Of a stretch of DNA of 64,000 nt, positions 40,588 to 51,181 are shown piece by piece. Position 1 is the first letter of the stretch. Each line of letters begins with the position of its first letter. Source of the stretch: an uncultured Desulfospira sp. (GTDB lineage: Bacteria > Desulfobacterota > Desulfobacteria > Desulfobacterales > Desulfobacteraceae); NCBI GenBank assembly GCA_963663165.1, contig OY760175.1, forward strand, positions 896,001 to 960,000. Reading direction: 5' to 3'. The notes under the pieces were generated by a model, which saw only the letters and a list, made by a program, of their open reading frames with translations, was not told where the DNA came from and searched no databases. Made by a program: the position numbers and the translations under genes.

Positions 40588-41529
40588 TCAGCCTGCCTTT
40601 CCGGTAGCCGGGCAAGTTCCCGGCCCCGATTTATTGATGGATGCCGCCAGCAGAATCGAATTATATTTCTCTTCTGTAGGGCCCGATCTCGACGTTACAA
40701 TCATGGGGACCTTGGCGCCGACAATAATGGTGCCGGCAACGGATTTAGCACTGAATACCAGGCTTTTGGCCAGTGTATTGCCAACGGTAATATTGGGACA
40801 CAAAAGGATATCTGCCTCCCCGGCCACAGGGCTTGAATACCCTTTGATCAGGGCAGATTCCTTATCGACAGCAAGATCATAGGGCATGGGGCCTTCAACC
40901 GTACAGTCGGGTATCTCCCCGGCCTCACCCATTTTTTTAAGTTCCCCGGCCTCCACTGATTCGGGCATTTTAGGGTTCACGCGGTCTACGGCAGATAGAA
41001 CAGCAGCCTTAATGTCGGTGAACCCCATGCTTTTTAAAGCGCCGCTGGCATTGAGCAGCAGCTGTTTTTTTTGTTCCAGGGTCGGGTAGGGGACCATGGC
41101 CACATCTGTAATGGTCAACAGTTTATGATAGGTGGGAATCTTCAAAATAAGGATGTGGGAAATCAGCTTGCCGGTCCGCAGATCATTTTTTTTGTCGATG
41201 ACCATATTCATGAAGTCAGCGGTCTGAAGATGCCCCTTCATCATGACATCGATGTCACCTTTGCGGGCCAGATCAACGGTAATATTCAAGGCGGCATCCA
41301 TGTCTTTGGCATGCAGGATAGTGTATTCACAATAATCCTTATAAGCGCTTAAATTTTCGTTTATCTTTTGCTTGTCGCCAATCAGGACGGGATGGGCAAT
41401 ACCGTCCCTGCCCGCAGACATGGCGGCTTTTAAAGCATGGGCATCCTGGGCACAGACAACCGCGACATTTTTCTTGGTCGCGTTGAGGATATTGGCTTCA
41501 ATGAGCGTGCTAAAATCAGTGTAGACCAT
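40588..41529 (-). CDS. ptb: Phosphate butyryltransferase
   Basis: MMKG..QTA; VEGP..DLA; ADILL.PNI..GN; GAKVP..VTSR. Confidence 0.9.
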   Translation of the reverse strand: MVYTDFSTLIEANILNATKKNVAVVCAQDAHALKAAMSAGRDGIAHPVLIGDKQKINENLSAYKDYCEYTILHAKDMDAALNITVDLARKGDIDVMMKGHLQTADFMNMVIDKKNDLRTGKLISHILILKIPTYHKLLTITDVAMVPYPTLEQKKQLLLNASGALKSMGFTDIKAAVLSAVDRVNPKMPESVEAGELKKMGEAGEIPDCTVEGPMPYDLAVDKESALIKGYSSPVAGEADILLCPNITVGNTLAKSLVFSAKSVAGTIIVGAKVPMIVTSRSGPTEEKYNSILLAASINKSGPGTCPATGKAG

Positions 41530-41570
41530 TTTGACTTAAGACCCCCCCCCTTTTTTTATGAAAAAAACTG

Positions 41571-41628
41571 TTGACAAAGATTATCAAGGCATATATCACA
41601 AAAATAAAGCGAGCGCTCTATTTATTTT
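41571..41628 (+). promoter_or_regulatory. Sigma-70 promoter with overlapping palindromic operator
   Basis: TTGACA-N17-TATCAC followed by AAAATAAAGCGAGCGCTCTATTTATTTT. Confidence 0.6.
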
Positions 41629-41760
41629 AAAAAATTTTACACCGGCCAAAAAAATTAATTACCGCAACCTGGAAGCCAACTTTAAACATGAACCATTTAA
41701 CATCCCCCCATTTAAATTTGTCTATAAGGAAATTTGACACTTAAATTATGGAGAGAAATT

Positions 41761-43326
41761 ATGACCATAGGCACCTACGAAGAATACAAAAATAGACTGC
41801 TCAAAATGAAGCCCAATGTCTACTTAAACGGCAAAAAGGTGGACCGTTCCGGCGACTGGATCGATGGGGGGTGTTATGTAATGAAGCAAACCTATGATTT
41901 TGCCCACAACCCGGAGTATGAAGATGTCTGCACGGCCACATCCCATCTGACCGGCAAAAAAATCAACCGGTTCACCCATATTCACAGGTCCCAGGACGAT
42001 CTGCTTAAAAAACAGCTCATGACCCGGCTGCTCTGCCACCGGGTGGGCGGCTGTATCCAGCGCTGCATGGGGACCGATGCCTTGAACGCCCTGGCGGTTG
42101 TTACCTATGATTTAGACCAGGCCTGCGGGACCAGTTATCACGAACGCTTCAATAAGTATCTGCTCTATTCCCAGGAAAACGACCTGGTGGCCAACTGTGC
42201 CCAGACCGATGTCAAGGGGTCCAGAAATCCCAAGTACAAAAGGGCCCATATGCAGCCGGACCCGGACCAGTTTGTCCATATCGTCAAAACCGATGTGGAC
42301 GGTATCGGCATTGACGGCCAGCCCTGTAAGGGGATCATTGTCCGGGGCGCCAAAATCTGCAACTCCAATGCGCCTTATGTGGATGAAATCATTGTCACCC
42401 CCACCAAATTTATGGGACAAGGGGATGAGGCTTATGCGGTCTCCTTTGCCCTGCCCGCGGACTGGGACAATGTCAAACTCATGGCCCTGCCCGGCCGGCA
42501 TCACCGAAGAAAACATTTAAAAGCCCCCTTTGCCGAAGTCGGGGATGTGGAATCTTTGACCATTTTCGATGACACCTTTGTTCCTGAAGAACGGGTGTTT
42601 TTGAATGGTTACGACCATCCTGACGCATTTCAGTATGCCGGCTATCTGGCCTTGATGTTCGCCCACTTTCACCGTCACTCTTACACCGGGTGCAAGACCG
42701 CCGTCTCAGAAGTCATCGCGGCCCAGGCCGCCCTGGTGGCCGATGTCAATGATATTGCCAAACAGCATCATGTCAGGGATAAGCTGTGTGATATCATCAG
42801 CACGGCAGAACTTGTATTTGCTGCGGGCCAGGCCTCTGCCCTGCGGGCCGAAGAGTTTCCCAACGGGTCCTTTGTTCCCGATGAAATTTTGACCAATGCC
42901 GGCAGAAAACTGGCCGGTCAGAAAATTTACCATGAATATGAGACATTAGCCGACTTAACCGGCGGGGTCTGCGCCTCTCTGCCCACGGAAGAATCCTTTT
43001 ATGATCCCGAGACGGCAGAACTTTGCAATAAATATATTGTCAGAAATCCCGACTACACCCCGGAAGAAACCCACCGGGTCATGCGCATGATGGAAAACAA
43101 ATTGTGTGATGCCTTTGAAGGGGCCCAGGCCGTGGCCGGTGTCCATGGGGGCGGCTCTCCGCTGATGGAGACCATCACCATGATGAGCCGGTATGACCTG
43201 GAACCCTTAAAAAATATTGCCAAATTCCTGGCAGGCTTTGAAGGGGTCAAACTGCCCCGTTACGAACGCAAAACAGCCACGCCAAGAGCCATGCTGGACC
43301 GGTTTAAAAAAACAAAACAACCATAA
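41761..43326 (+). CDS. 4-hydroxybutyryl-CoA dehydratase-like FAD/Fe-S protein (AbfD/HpaB fold)
   Basis: GGCIQRCMG.DA.NA; TDVKG.R; VRGAK; HRHSYTGCK; HGGGSP. Confidence 0.85.
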   Translation: MTIGTYEEYKNRLLKMKPNVYLNGKKVDRSGDWIDGGCYVMKQTYDFAHNPEYEDVCTATSHLTGKKINRFTHIHRSQDDLLKKQLMTRLLCHRVGGCIQRCMGTDALNALAVVTYDLDQACGTSYHERFNKYLLYSQENDLVANCAQTDVKGSRNPKYKRAHMQPDPDQFVHIVKTDVDGIGIDGQPCKGIIVRGAKICNSNAPYVDEIIVTPTKFMGQGDEAYAVSFALPADWDNVKLMALPGRHHRRKHLKAPFAEVGDVESLTIFDDTFVPEERVFLNGYDHPDAFQYAGYLALMFAHFHRHSYTGCKTAVSEVIAAQAALVADVNDIAKQHHVRDKLCDIISTAELVFAAGQASALRAEEFPNGSFVPDEILTNAGRKLAGQKIYHEYETLADLTGGVCASLPTEESFYDPETAELCNKYIVRNPDYTPEETHRVMRMMENKLCDAFEGAQAVAGVHGGGSPLMETITMMSRYDLEPLKNIAKFLAGFEGVKLPRYERKTATPRAMLDRFKKTKQP

Positions 43327-43345
43327 CAAAGGAACCCTGTGCTAA

Positions 43346-43870
43346 ATGATCAAAAAATTTAATAAAATTTTATTTGCCACCGACCTGTCCGTCAATTGTA
43401 AATACGCTTTTACCTATGCCACGAGCCTGGCGGTCCACTATGACGGGGGCATCACCTTGCTCCATGTCATGGAAGATATCCAGGATTCTCTGGATTCCCG
43501 GCTCAAAGCCATGCTCGGCCAGGAAAAATGGGATATGATACAGCAAAAGCAAAAACATGACACAAGGTCCATTCTCATTGGCAAAAAAAGTGAACTAAAG
43601 CAGATCCGGGAGGCCCTGACCACTTTTTCTGAAGGGGATCCAGCTGTCAAAGGCCGGTTTGCCGTTGAAAACATTCTGGTTAAATCAGGCCAAATCGTCG
43701 ACACCATAATTGAAACAGCCAGTGAAGAAAACTGTGACCTGATTGTCATCGGGTCCAATAAAACCCTGTTTTCAGACTCTGTTTCTTTAGGCAACCGGGC
43801 CAAATCCCTTTTTAAACGTTCAAAAATTCCCATCTTGATGGTGCCGCCCCTGCCGTCTGATGAAGAATAA
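43346..43870 (+). CDS. Universal stress protein
   Basis: KILFATDLS; ITLLHV; CDLIVIGS; PILMVP. Confidence 0.9.
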   Translation: MIKKFNKILFATDLSVNCKYAFTYATSLAVHYDGGITLLHVMEDIQDSLDSRLKAMLGQEKWDMIQQKQKHDTRSILIGKKSELKQIREALTTFSEGDPAVKGRFAVENILVKSGQIVDTIIETASEENCDLIVIGSNKTLFSDSVSLGNRAKSLFKRSKIPILMVPPLPSDEE

Positions 43871-43883
43871 AAGGAAATATAAA

Positions 43884-44660
43884 ATGACACTAACCGATAA
43901 AGTAGCCATTGTCACCGGTGCCAGCCGGGGCATCGGAAAGGCCATCTGCTTAGGGCTTGCCAGAGAAGGGGCCAGCGTGGTGGTGGTCGCCCGCAGCGAT
44001 CAGGTCAAAGACGAACGCTTTCCCGGGACCATCCATGAGACGGTGGAGCAGATCACTTCCCTTGGGGCAAAGGCCATTGCCGTCAAGTGCGACGTCACCA
44101 AAGAAGAGAGCGTCAACCAGATGATGGACAAGGCCATTGAGGCATTCGGAAAGGTGGACATCCTGGTGAACAACGCCGGTGTGGCCTTTTACTACCCCGT
44201 GGTTGAAACGCCTTTAAAGCGGTGGGATCTGGTTTTGGATGTCAACCTTAAGGGGACCTTTCTGTGCACCAAAGCGGTGCTGCCCCAGATGATGGACCGA
44301 AAAAGCGGCTCCATTATCAACATCTCCTCCCTGGCGGCCGACGAACGGGACGAGGGCACGGTTCCCACAGGGCTTGCCTACAGTGTGGCCAAGGCCGGGG
44401 TGGACCGGTTCACCTATGGGCTTGCCACGGAAGTGGGCAAATACAATATTGCCGTCAACTGCATCAAACCCAAAAATGTGGTCCGGACCGAGGGCATGGA
44501 ATACTGGATGCCCAAAGAGGCCCAGGGCAACTGGGAATCACCGGACCGGATGGTCAAATGCGCCGTATTTTTAGCGGCCATGGATGCCGGCCGGGTCACG
44601 GGCACGGTTGCCACCGACATTGAGCTGTGCGGATGGCACGGCCTGGACCAGGGAGCATAA
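43884..44660 (+). CDS. Short-chain dehydrogenase/reductase
   Basis: TGASRGIG; NNAG; NISS; YSVAK. Confidence 0.93.
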   Translation: MTLTDKVAIVTGASRGIGKAICLGLAREGASVVVVARSDQVKDERFPGTIHETVEQITSLGAKAIAVKCDVTKEESVNQMMDKAIEAFGKVDILVNNAGVAFYYPVVETPLKRWDLVLDVNLKGTFLCTKAVLPQMMDRKSGSIINISSLAADERDEGTVPTGLAYSVAKAGVDRFTYGLATEVGKYNIAVNCIKPKNVVRTEGMEYWMPKEAQGNWESPDRMVKCAVFLAAMDAGRVTGTVATDIELCGWHGLDQGA

Positions 44661-44661
44661 C

Positions 44662-45495
44662 ATGGAGATCAAACGGGTGGGAATCGTGGGATGCGGCATC
44701 ATGGGATCGGGCATTGCACTGCTCTGTGCCCAGAAAGGCTTTGATGTCTGTATCATGGAGCAAAATGAGGCGTTTCTTGAAAAAGGGCTGGCCGCCATTG
44801 AAAGACAGCTGCCAAAGGATGCGGATACCGCACAGATACTGGACCGGATTTCCGGCCGGTGCGACTTTTTATCCTTTGACACCTGCGATCTGGTCATTGA
44901 AGCGGTCACGGAAAATCTGGCATTGAAAAAACAGATTTTTGCAAAGCTCGATGATATCTGCCCGGACCATGCCATTTTAACCTCCAATACATCGGTGCTG
45001 CCGGTCATTGAAATGGCCTCTGCCACGGGAAGGCCCCATAAGGTCATGGGCACCCACTTTCTGACCCCGCCCCAGATTATCCCGCTGCTGGAGATTGTCC
45101 AGACCCTGGCCACGGGCACCGAGGAACTTGAAACCATGCGCCGGTTCGGTGAGGCCCTGGGCAAAAAGGTGGTGGTGTCAAAGGACCGGCCCGGGTTTAT
45201 CGTCAACCGGATTCTCACCCCTATCCTTTTAAATGCCGTCCGCCTCCATGAAGAGGGCACCGGCAGCATGGAAGATATTGAAACCGCCGTAAAAGACGGC
45301 CTTGGCCTTCCCATGGGGCCGTTTAAATTATTGGACCTTATCGGCCTGGATACCATCCAGAAGGGCACCACGGCCATGTATAACGAGCTTAACGACCCCC
45401 AGTACGCCTGCCCGGTCACCATCAACCGCATGGTCTCTGCCGGCTGGCTGGGACGAAAATCCGGTAAAGGGTTTTACGAATACCGCAGGAAATGA
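44662..45495 (+). CDS. 3-hydroxyacyl-CoA dehydrogenase
   Basis: GCGIMGSGIA; EAV.E; SNTS; HF..P; GFIVNR; PMGP; LGRKSGKGFY. Confidence 0.93.
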   Translation: MEIKRVGIVGCGIMGSGIALLCAQKGFDVCIMEQNEAFLEKGLAAIERQLPKDADTAQILDRISGRCDFLSFDTCDLVIEAVTENLALKKQIFAKLDDICPDHAILTSNTSVLPVIEMASATGRPHKVMGTHFLTPPQIIPLLEIVQTLATGTEELETMRRFGEALGKKVVVSKDRPGFIVNRILTPILLNAVRLHEEGTGSMEDIETAVKDGLGLPMGPFKLLDLIGLDTIQKGTTAMYNELNDPQYACPVTINRMVSAGWLGRKSGKGFYEYRRK

Positions 45496-45504
45496 TGAAG
45501 ATAA

Positions 45505-46170
45505 ATGAGTGATAAAAAACAGACCTTTTTAGACCGATGGGACGAACATGTTCACCGGTTGATCAATGTTACGGCCAAAAAGGCCGATGCCGTTGATGTA
45601 AAGCACCAGCAGATTGTTGAAGGGGCCTGCCAGGTCTTTTTTGAAAAGGGGTTCCACCCTGCCTCCATCCGGGAGATTGCCAAAGCCAGCGGCATGTCCA
45701 TGGGGCAGATGTACCACTACATCTCATCAAAGGATGATGTGCTGTTTCTCATTCACCGGCATTCCCAGATTATCTGGCATAAGCATTTGACCGACGCCAA
45801 ACTGGATGCCTGTGAAAACCCGGTCAAAAAAATGGAGAAGGCCCTGAAAAAATCCATCGAGTTTCTCTTTGACCATAAGGACCTGTTCCAGCTGATCTAT
45901 ACCGAGAGCAAGTACTTAAGTTCCGAACACCTCAAGGTGGTGCTGGAAATGGATGAAAAAAATGTCACCGGGTTCTGGTGTGATCTGGTGGGAGAGGTGT
46001 TTGAATACAAGGGTATACAGGAAGATGTGAAGCTTGCCGGAAACGTTCTGGCATACAATCTGGTGTTTGTGGCCTTACGGGGCTGGAACTTAAAAGACAA
46101 ACCCAAACAGCAGATTATTGATTTTTTAGGGGCGTTTGTACTCAAAGGCCTGGGCCTTAACCTGTCATAA
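45505..46170 (+). CDS. TetR-family regulator
   Basis: F.EKGFH..SIREIA..SGMS.G.MYHY. Confidence 0.92.
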   Translation: MSDKKQTFLDRWDEHVHRLINVTAKKADAVDVKHQQIVEGACQVFFEKGFHPASIREIAKASGMSMGQMYHYISSKDDVLFLIHRHSQIIWHKHLTDAKLDACENPVKKMEKALKKSIEFLFDHKDLFQLIYTESKYLSSEHLKVVLEMDEKNVTGFWCDLVGEVFEYKGIQEDVKLAGNVLAYNLVFVALRGWNLKDKPKQQIIDFLGAFVLKGLGLNLS

Positions 46171-46283
46171 AATGGGTTATAGGTCGCCGGGCGCCGGCTT
46201 AAACAGCGGTGCATTAAGCAAAAATATATTGTCTATTCAATGGATTATGGAGGCTTTTCACAAAATAGAATAAAGGAAAAAAA

Positions 46284-47939
46284 ATGGGAACCCCGTTAAA
46301 CCGCGTCAGGCAACCGCTTGTTAAAACTGAGTTCGAAGTTGAAAAACCCGTATCAGAGTACATCAGGGACTGGGCACTGTTTAATCCCGAAAGAATTGCG
46401 TTGCGATATTATGGCTGGGACATGACCTATGCCGGGCTCGACGAGGCCGTCAACCGGTTTGCCAATGCCCTGATTGGCCTTGGCCTTGAAAAGGGGGATC
46501 GTGTGGCCCTGTATCTGCAGAACTGTCCGCAATTTGTCATCAGTTTCTTTGGCATCATGAGGGCGGGCGGGGTGGTGGTTTCCCTAAATCCCATGTTCAA
46601 GCAGGGGGAACTTGAATTTGAGATCAACGATGCCGGCGCGCGCATCCTGGTGGCCCATGACTATCTGTATCCTGAAGTGCTGAAAATCAAAGACAATGTG
46701 GGGCTCGAGTATGCCATTTTATGCTCTCTTTCCGACTATATCCCCCCATCCCCTGCCCTTCCCCTTCCCGATGAAGCAAAGATCGCCAAACAGCCGTTTC
46801 CGGGAACCTTTGATTTCATCCCGTTTATCAATAATGCGGCCAGCGAGCCTGTCAGCCGTATCCATGAGCTGGACGAAGAGCTGGCCCTGCTCCAATATAC
46901 CGGCGGGACCACTGGCCTTCCCAAGGGTGCCATGATTTCCCACCATACCCTTGCCTTTACCTGCCTTGGGACCATCAGCTGGTTCAAACACAGATACGGG
47001 GATGTATTTTTGGGGCTTACGCCCTTTTTTCATGTCATGGGCATGCAGCAGCTCATGTGTACGCCACTGGTGGCCGGGGCCGAACTGGTGCTCATGCCAA
47101 GGTTTGATCCCACCATCACGGCCAAAGCCATTGAAACCTATCGGGTTACCTTCTGGGTCACTGCCACCACCAGCCTGATCGCCCTGCTGGAAACCCCCGG
47201 CATTGATCAGTATGACTTTTCTTCCCTTCGAATTCTGGGAACCGGCGGAACCCCCATCTCCACCACTATCCAGGAAAAAATCCGGAATCTGTCCCCTAAA
47301 ACCCTTGTGGTGGAAGGGTATGGCTTAAGCGAGTGTACCTCCCACGGCGGATTTCAATCCCCCGTTATGTGTAAAAAGCCCGGGTTTATCGGTATTGCCC
47401 AGTTAAACAAGGTCAAGCTGGTGGATCCCAATGACGGAAAGACCCCGGTAGCCCCTGGGGAACAGGGGGAAATCCTTATCAAAGGCCCCACGGTCATGAA
47501 AGGGTATTGGAACAATCCCGAAGCCACCTGGAACACCCTAAGGGACGGATGGCTTTTTACCGGGGATCTCGGGGTCATGGACGAGGACGGATGGTTCAAC
47601 ATTGTGGGACGCAAAAAAGAGCTGATCAAATGCTCAGGCTTTTCCGTATTTCCCAGTGAAGTGGAAAACCTTCTTTATCGGAACCCGGCTGTACTCGAAG
47701 TCGCCGTCATCGGTGTTCCCGACCCATACAGGGGAGAAAGCCCCAAGGCCTTTATCATGCTCAAACCCGAGTATCGCGATGAGACCACCGAAGAAGAAAT
47801 CATTGAATGGTGCAAGGACAACATGTCAGCTTATAAACGGCCGCGGCAGGTCGCCTTTGTGGAGGATCTGCCCAAAAGTGCCGCCGGAAAGCTTTTAAGG
47901 CGTGTACTGATAGAACAAGAAGAAGCACACAATAAATGA
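46284..47939 (+). CDS. Acyl-CoA synthetase (AMP-forming)
   Basis: YTGGTTGLPKG; GYGLSE; TGD; LPKSAAGK. Confidence 0.93.
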   Translation: MGTPLNRVRQPLVKTEFEVEKPVSEYIRDWALFNPERIALRYYGWDMTYAGLDEAVNRFANALIGLGLEKGDRVALYLQNCPQFVISFFGIMRAGGVVVSLNPMFKQGELEFEINDAGARILVAHDYLYPEVLKIKDNVGLEYAILCSLSDYIPPSPALPLPDEAKIAKQPFPGTFDFIPFINNAASEPVSRIHELDEELALLQYTGGTTGLPKGAMISHHTLAFTCLGTISWFKHRYGDVFLGLTPFFHVMGMQQLMCTPLVAGAELVLMPRFDPTITAKAIETYRVTFWVTATTSLIALLETPGIDQYDFSSLRILGTGGTPISTTIQEKIRNLSPKTLVVEGYGLSECTSHGGFQSPVMCKKPGFIGIAQLNKVKLVDPNDGKTPVAPGEQGEILIKGPTVMKGYWNNPEATWNTLRDGWLFTGDLGVMDEDGWFNIVGRKKELIKCSGFSVFPSEVENLLYRNPAVLEVAVIGVPDPYRGESPKAFIMLKPEYRDETTEEEIIEWCKDNMSAYKRPRQVAFVEDLPKSAAGKLLRRVLIEQEEAHNK

Positions 47940-47941
47940 AC

Positions 47942-48028
47942 GGGAACTGGGACATGGGACTTGGGATATGGGGAAAAGTGGTCAGGTCCCCTCCTCAGGT
48001 CCCAAGTCCCAAGTCCCAGATCCCATGT
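47942..48028. repeat. Inverted heptamer-repeat element (GGGACTT/GGGATAT)
   Basis: Same element at 51088-51163; half copy at 61281-61309. Confidence 0.75.
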
Positions 48029-48206
48029 CTAAAAAAGGAAAGGAGGTGAACTGCCATTGATGAAGGTCCCTGTGCGGATTTGATGCTGGGGAAAGCAAAT
48101 GCGTTAAAGGGTGTTAAAGAACGGGTTTCAAGTAATGCGGCAGACCCGGCGTCTGCCATGGCCATTTTAATTTAATGACAAACATTTTGAAAAAGGGAGA
48201 GGCTCA

Positions 48207-49214
48207 ATGGTTAAACGTGTGATGGTTATCTTTATAGCAGTCATTGCCGTGCTTTCGGTAAACTTTTCCGTAAGTGCAAAAACAATTACCTTGAAAATTC
48301 AGTCCCACCTGATTCCGATTGATGCGGAGCGAGGCTTAGGCCCATTCAGGGATGCGGTTGAAAAACTGTCCAACGGCGAGATCAAGATCAAAATTTTTGG
48401 CGGCAGTTCCCTTTTTCCCATGAAAGAGGTTTTGGAAGCTGTGGGAAACGGCGCTCTGGACATGGCTGAAATCGCCGAAGGATACTGGCATAAAAAAATA
48501 CCGGTCAGTGAAGTGGCGGGCATGCCCTTTGCCTTTGAGACCCTGGAAGAGGCCAACGTATTTATGTATAAAAGAGGGTATGCGGAAATGTTAAAGCAGG
48601 AATATGCCAAATTCAACGTTTATCACATCCCTTATGAGTCTTACCCCGTCGGCTTGATGACCAACAAATCCATCAACACCTTTTCCGATGTGGTCGGCTT
48701 AAAACTGCGGGCATACGGTGTTATGGCTGAATGGCTCACTGAAATGGGCGCCTCCACCACCTATATTCCGGGCGGAGAACTCTATACCGCTCTGGCCACC
48801 GGCGTGGTTGACGGGGCCCACTGGGGGGATGCCTATCCCATGTTTATCATGAAGTTCCAGGAGGTCCTTAAAAACTACATGCTGCCCGATCCCATCGTCG
48901 GGGCATGGAACAACCTGATCGTGAACATGGACACCTGGAAAAAACTGACCCCGGTCCAGCAGGCAATTATTGAAAAAGCCGCCCTGGCTCAGGGGACGCT
49001 GCATTCCGCCGACACCCTGATTCTGTCTGAAATCGCCAGAAAGGATATGAAAAAAGACTGGAAGGTCAACATCAATACCCTGTCCGACGAAGAGTTAAAA
49101 AAGATGCGGGATGCCGCCATCGTTGTCTGGGATAAAATTGCCCAGAAAGATCCCCTCAATGCCAAGGCAATCGACATGATGAAAGCGTTCCTCAAGGACA
49201 TCGGGCGCATCTAA
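48207..49214 (+). CDS. dctP: TRAP transporter substrate-binding protein
   Basis: Signal peptide; GLKLR; ELYTAL.TGVVDG. Confidence 0.92.
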   Translation: MVKRVMVIFIAVIAVLSVNFSVSAKTITLKIQSHLIPIDAERGLGPFRDAVEKLSNGEIKIKIFGGSSLFPMKEVLEAVGNGALDMAEIAEGYWHKKIPVSEVAGMPFAFETLEEANVFMYKRGYAEMLKQEYAKFNVYHIPYESYPVGLMTNKSINTFSDVVGLKLRAYGVMAEWLTEMGASTTYIPGGELYTALATGVVDGAHWGDAYPMFIMKFQEVLKNYMLPDPIVGAWNNLIVNMDTWKKLTPVQQAIIEKAALAQGTLHSADTLILSEIARKDMKKDWKVNINTLSDEELKKMRDAAIVVWDKIAQKDPLNAKAIDMMKAFLKDIGRI

Positions 49215-49263
49215 ATCAAATGGTTCAGGATGTAATTTTCAAAAACTTCAAGGGGGTGAGGCA

Positions 49264-49770
49264 ATGCTCGACAGTATTCTAAAGCTGATCGATACCATCA
49301 GTGAATGGTCCGGCAAGGCGGTCAGCATGCTTATAATTGTGTTGGCGCTGATCGTAGGGTATGAGGTGGTGGCCCGGTATGTGTTTAAAAGCCCGACTTT
49401 ATGGGCCCACGAACTTTCTGCCATGATGTTCGGCACCTTTATCATTATCGGCGGGGCCTATACCGCTTATGAAAAGCTTCATGTCAATATGGACCTGGTT
49501 CACAAATCTTTGAGTGTCCGGACAAGGGCGCTGCTGGATATGGTCACTTTTTTCATCTCCTTGACGTTTTTGGGAACCCTGATCTGGGTCGGCGGGAAAA
49601 GCGCCGTCAAATCGGTTACCATACTGGAACACGCCTCCACTCAGTGGGGGCCCCCCATCTATCCGCTCAAGGTCATGCTTCCCATAGGGGCCTTGTTACT
49701 GCTTCTTCAGATAATTGCCAAATTCATTCGTGATGTAAGGACGCTTATCAGCGGAAAGGAACAGCACTGA
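49264..49770 (+). CDS. dctQ: TRAP transporter small permease
   Basis: EVVARYVF..P..WA.E; HV.MD; four TM helices. Confidence 0.92.
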   Translation: MLDSILKLIDTISEWSGKAVSMLIIVLALIVGYEVVARYVFKSPTLWAHELSAMMFGTFIIIGGAYTAYEKLHVNMDLVHKSLSVRTRALLDMVTFFISLTFLGTLIWVGGKSAVKSVTILEHASTQWGPPIYPLKVMLPIGALLLLLQIIAKFIRDVRTLISGKEQH

Positions 49771-51083
49771 TGGAAGTCGGAACCATAACCCTTCTCATTT
49801 TCTCCTCACTGATCTTAGGCTTGTTAACCGGGCTTCCCCTGGTGTTTATTCTCGGGGGCCTGGCCGTGATTTTTAATTTCATTTTTCTGGGCCCCAGCAC
49901 GCTATTCATGATTTCGTCCACGGCCTTCGGCACCATGAACGATTTCATCTTAACCTCCATCCCCTTGTTCGTGTTCATGGGCATTCTGCTTCAGCACTCG
50001 GGCATTGCCGAAGCGTTGTTTGACATGATGCACAAATGGGTGGGCGGCATCAAGGGGGGGCTTGCCATCGGCACTATCATCATCTGTACGTTTTTTGCGG
50101 CCATGTCCGGCATCAGCGGTGCGGCCACCGTGACCATGGGGGTCATTGCCCTGCCGGCCATGCTCAAGTACAAGTATAACGTCAAACTGGCCTCGGGCAG
50201 TATTGCGGCAGGGGGGGCCCTGGGGATACTGATCCCGCCCAGCGTCCTGATGATCATCTACGGCATATTTGCCGGAGAATCCATTGGGGCACTGTTTGCC
50301 GGGGGCGTTATTCCAGGCTTTCTTCTCTCCTTGCTCTTCATTGCCTATATTGCCATTCGATGCTACTTCAATCCGGACATGGGCCCTGCCATTCCCAAAG
50401 CCGACCGGGCCGGGTGGCCGGAGAAATTTGCCGCACTCAAGGCCGTGATCCTGCCGATTCTCCTGATTACCCTGGTATTGGGCGTGATCTTTAAAGGTAT
50501 TGCCACCCCGACAGAGGCGGCGGCCATGGGGGCCTTAGGCGCCCTTTTGTGTGCGGCGGTATCCCGGAAACTGACCTGGAGCGTGTTCAAGGAATCCTCC
50601 TTTCACACCCTGGGGCTGTCCTGCATGATCATCTGGATCATCATCGGCGGCTCATGCCTGACCCGGACCTATACGGCGGTGGGGGCCGTGGATTTTATCA
50701 GAGAACTGGTCAGTGCCCTGCCCGTTTCCAAATATCTGATCCTTTTCGGTATTCAAATGACCCTGCTCTTTCTGGGCATGATTCTGGACCCCGGCGGCAT
50801 CATCATGATCTGCACCCCGGTGTTTGTGCCGGTCATTAAGAGTTTAGGGTTTGACCCTGTCTGGTTTGGTGTCCTTTTCATCGTCAACATGGAGATGTCC
50901 TACCTGACACCGCCCTTTGGGTTCAACCTGTTTTATTTAAAAAGCATTGTGCCAAGGAGTGTGACCATGCTGGACATTTACAAAGCCGTCATTCCCTTTG
51001 TGGGAATCCAGGCCCTGTGCCTGCTGCTGCTGATTTTATTTCCGCAGCTGGTCACATGGCTCCCAAGCCTCATTATTAATTAA
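49770..51083 (+). CDS. dctM: TRAP transporter large permease
   Basis: IPLF..MG; LGILIPPS; TPTEA; LTPPFG. Confidence 0.93.
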   Translation: MEVGTITLLIFSSLILGLLTGLPLVFILGGLAVIFNFIFLGPSTLFMISSTAFGTMNDFILTSIPLFVFMGILLQHSGIAEALFDMMHKWVGGIKGGLAIGTIIICTFFAAMSGISGAATVTMGVIALPAMLKYKYNVKLASGSIAAGGALGILIPPSVLMIIYGIFAGESIGALFAGGVIPGFLLSLLFIAYIAIRCYFNPDMGPAIPKADRAGWPEKFAALKAVILPILLITLVLGVIFKGIATPTEAAAMGALGALLCAAVSRKLTWSVFKESSFHTLGLSCMIIWIIIGGSCLTRTYTAVGAVDFIRELVSALPVSKYLILFGIQMTLLFLGMILDPGGIIMICTPVFVPVIKSLGFDPVWFGVLFIVNMEMSYLTPPFGFNLFYLKSIVPRSVTMLDIYKAVIPFVGIQALCLLLLILFPQLVTWLPSLIIN

Positions 51084-51181
51084 CGAACGGGATATGGGAC
51101 TTGGGATATGGGTAAACGCCGTCAGGTCCCTTCCCCAAGACCCAAGTCTCATATCCCAAGTCCCCAAACAAAGGACCGATT

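Noticed and set aside
41761..43326. 4-hydroxyphenylacetate 3-monooxygenase (HpaB)
   Set aside because: The Fe-S ligand Cys/His pattern and the CoA-metabolism context favour the dehydratase branch of the fold.
44571..45431. Long antisense ORFs (also 52031-52732, 60305-61126, 36227-36973)
   Set aside because: They are shadows of well-supported genes on the opposite strand.
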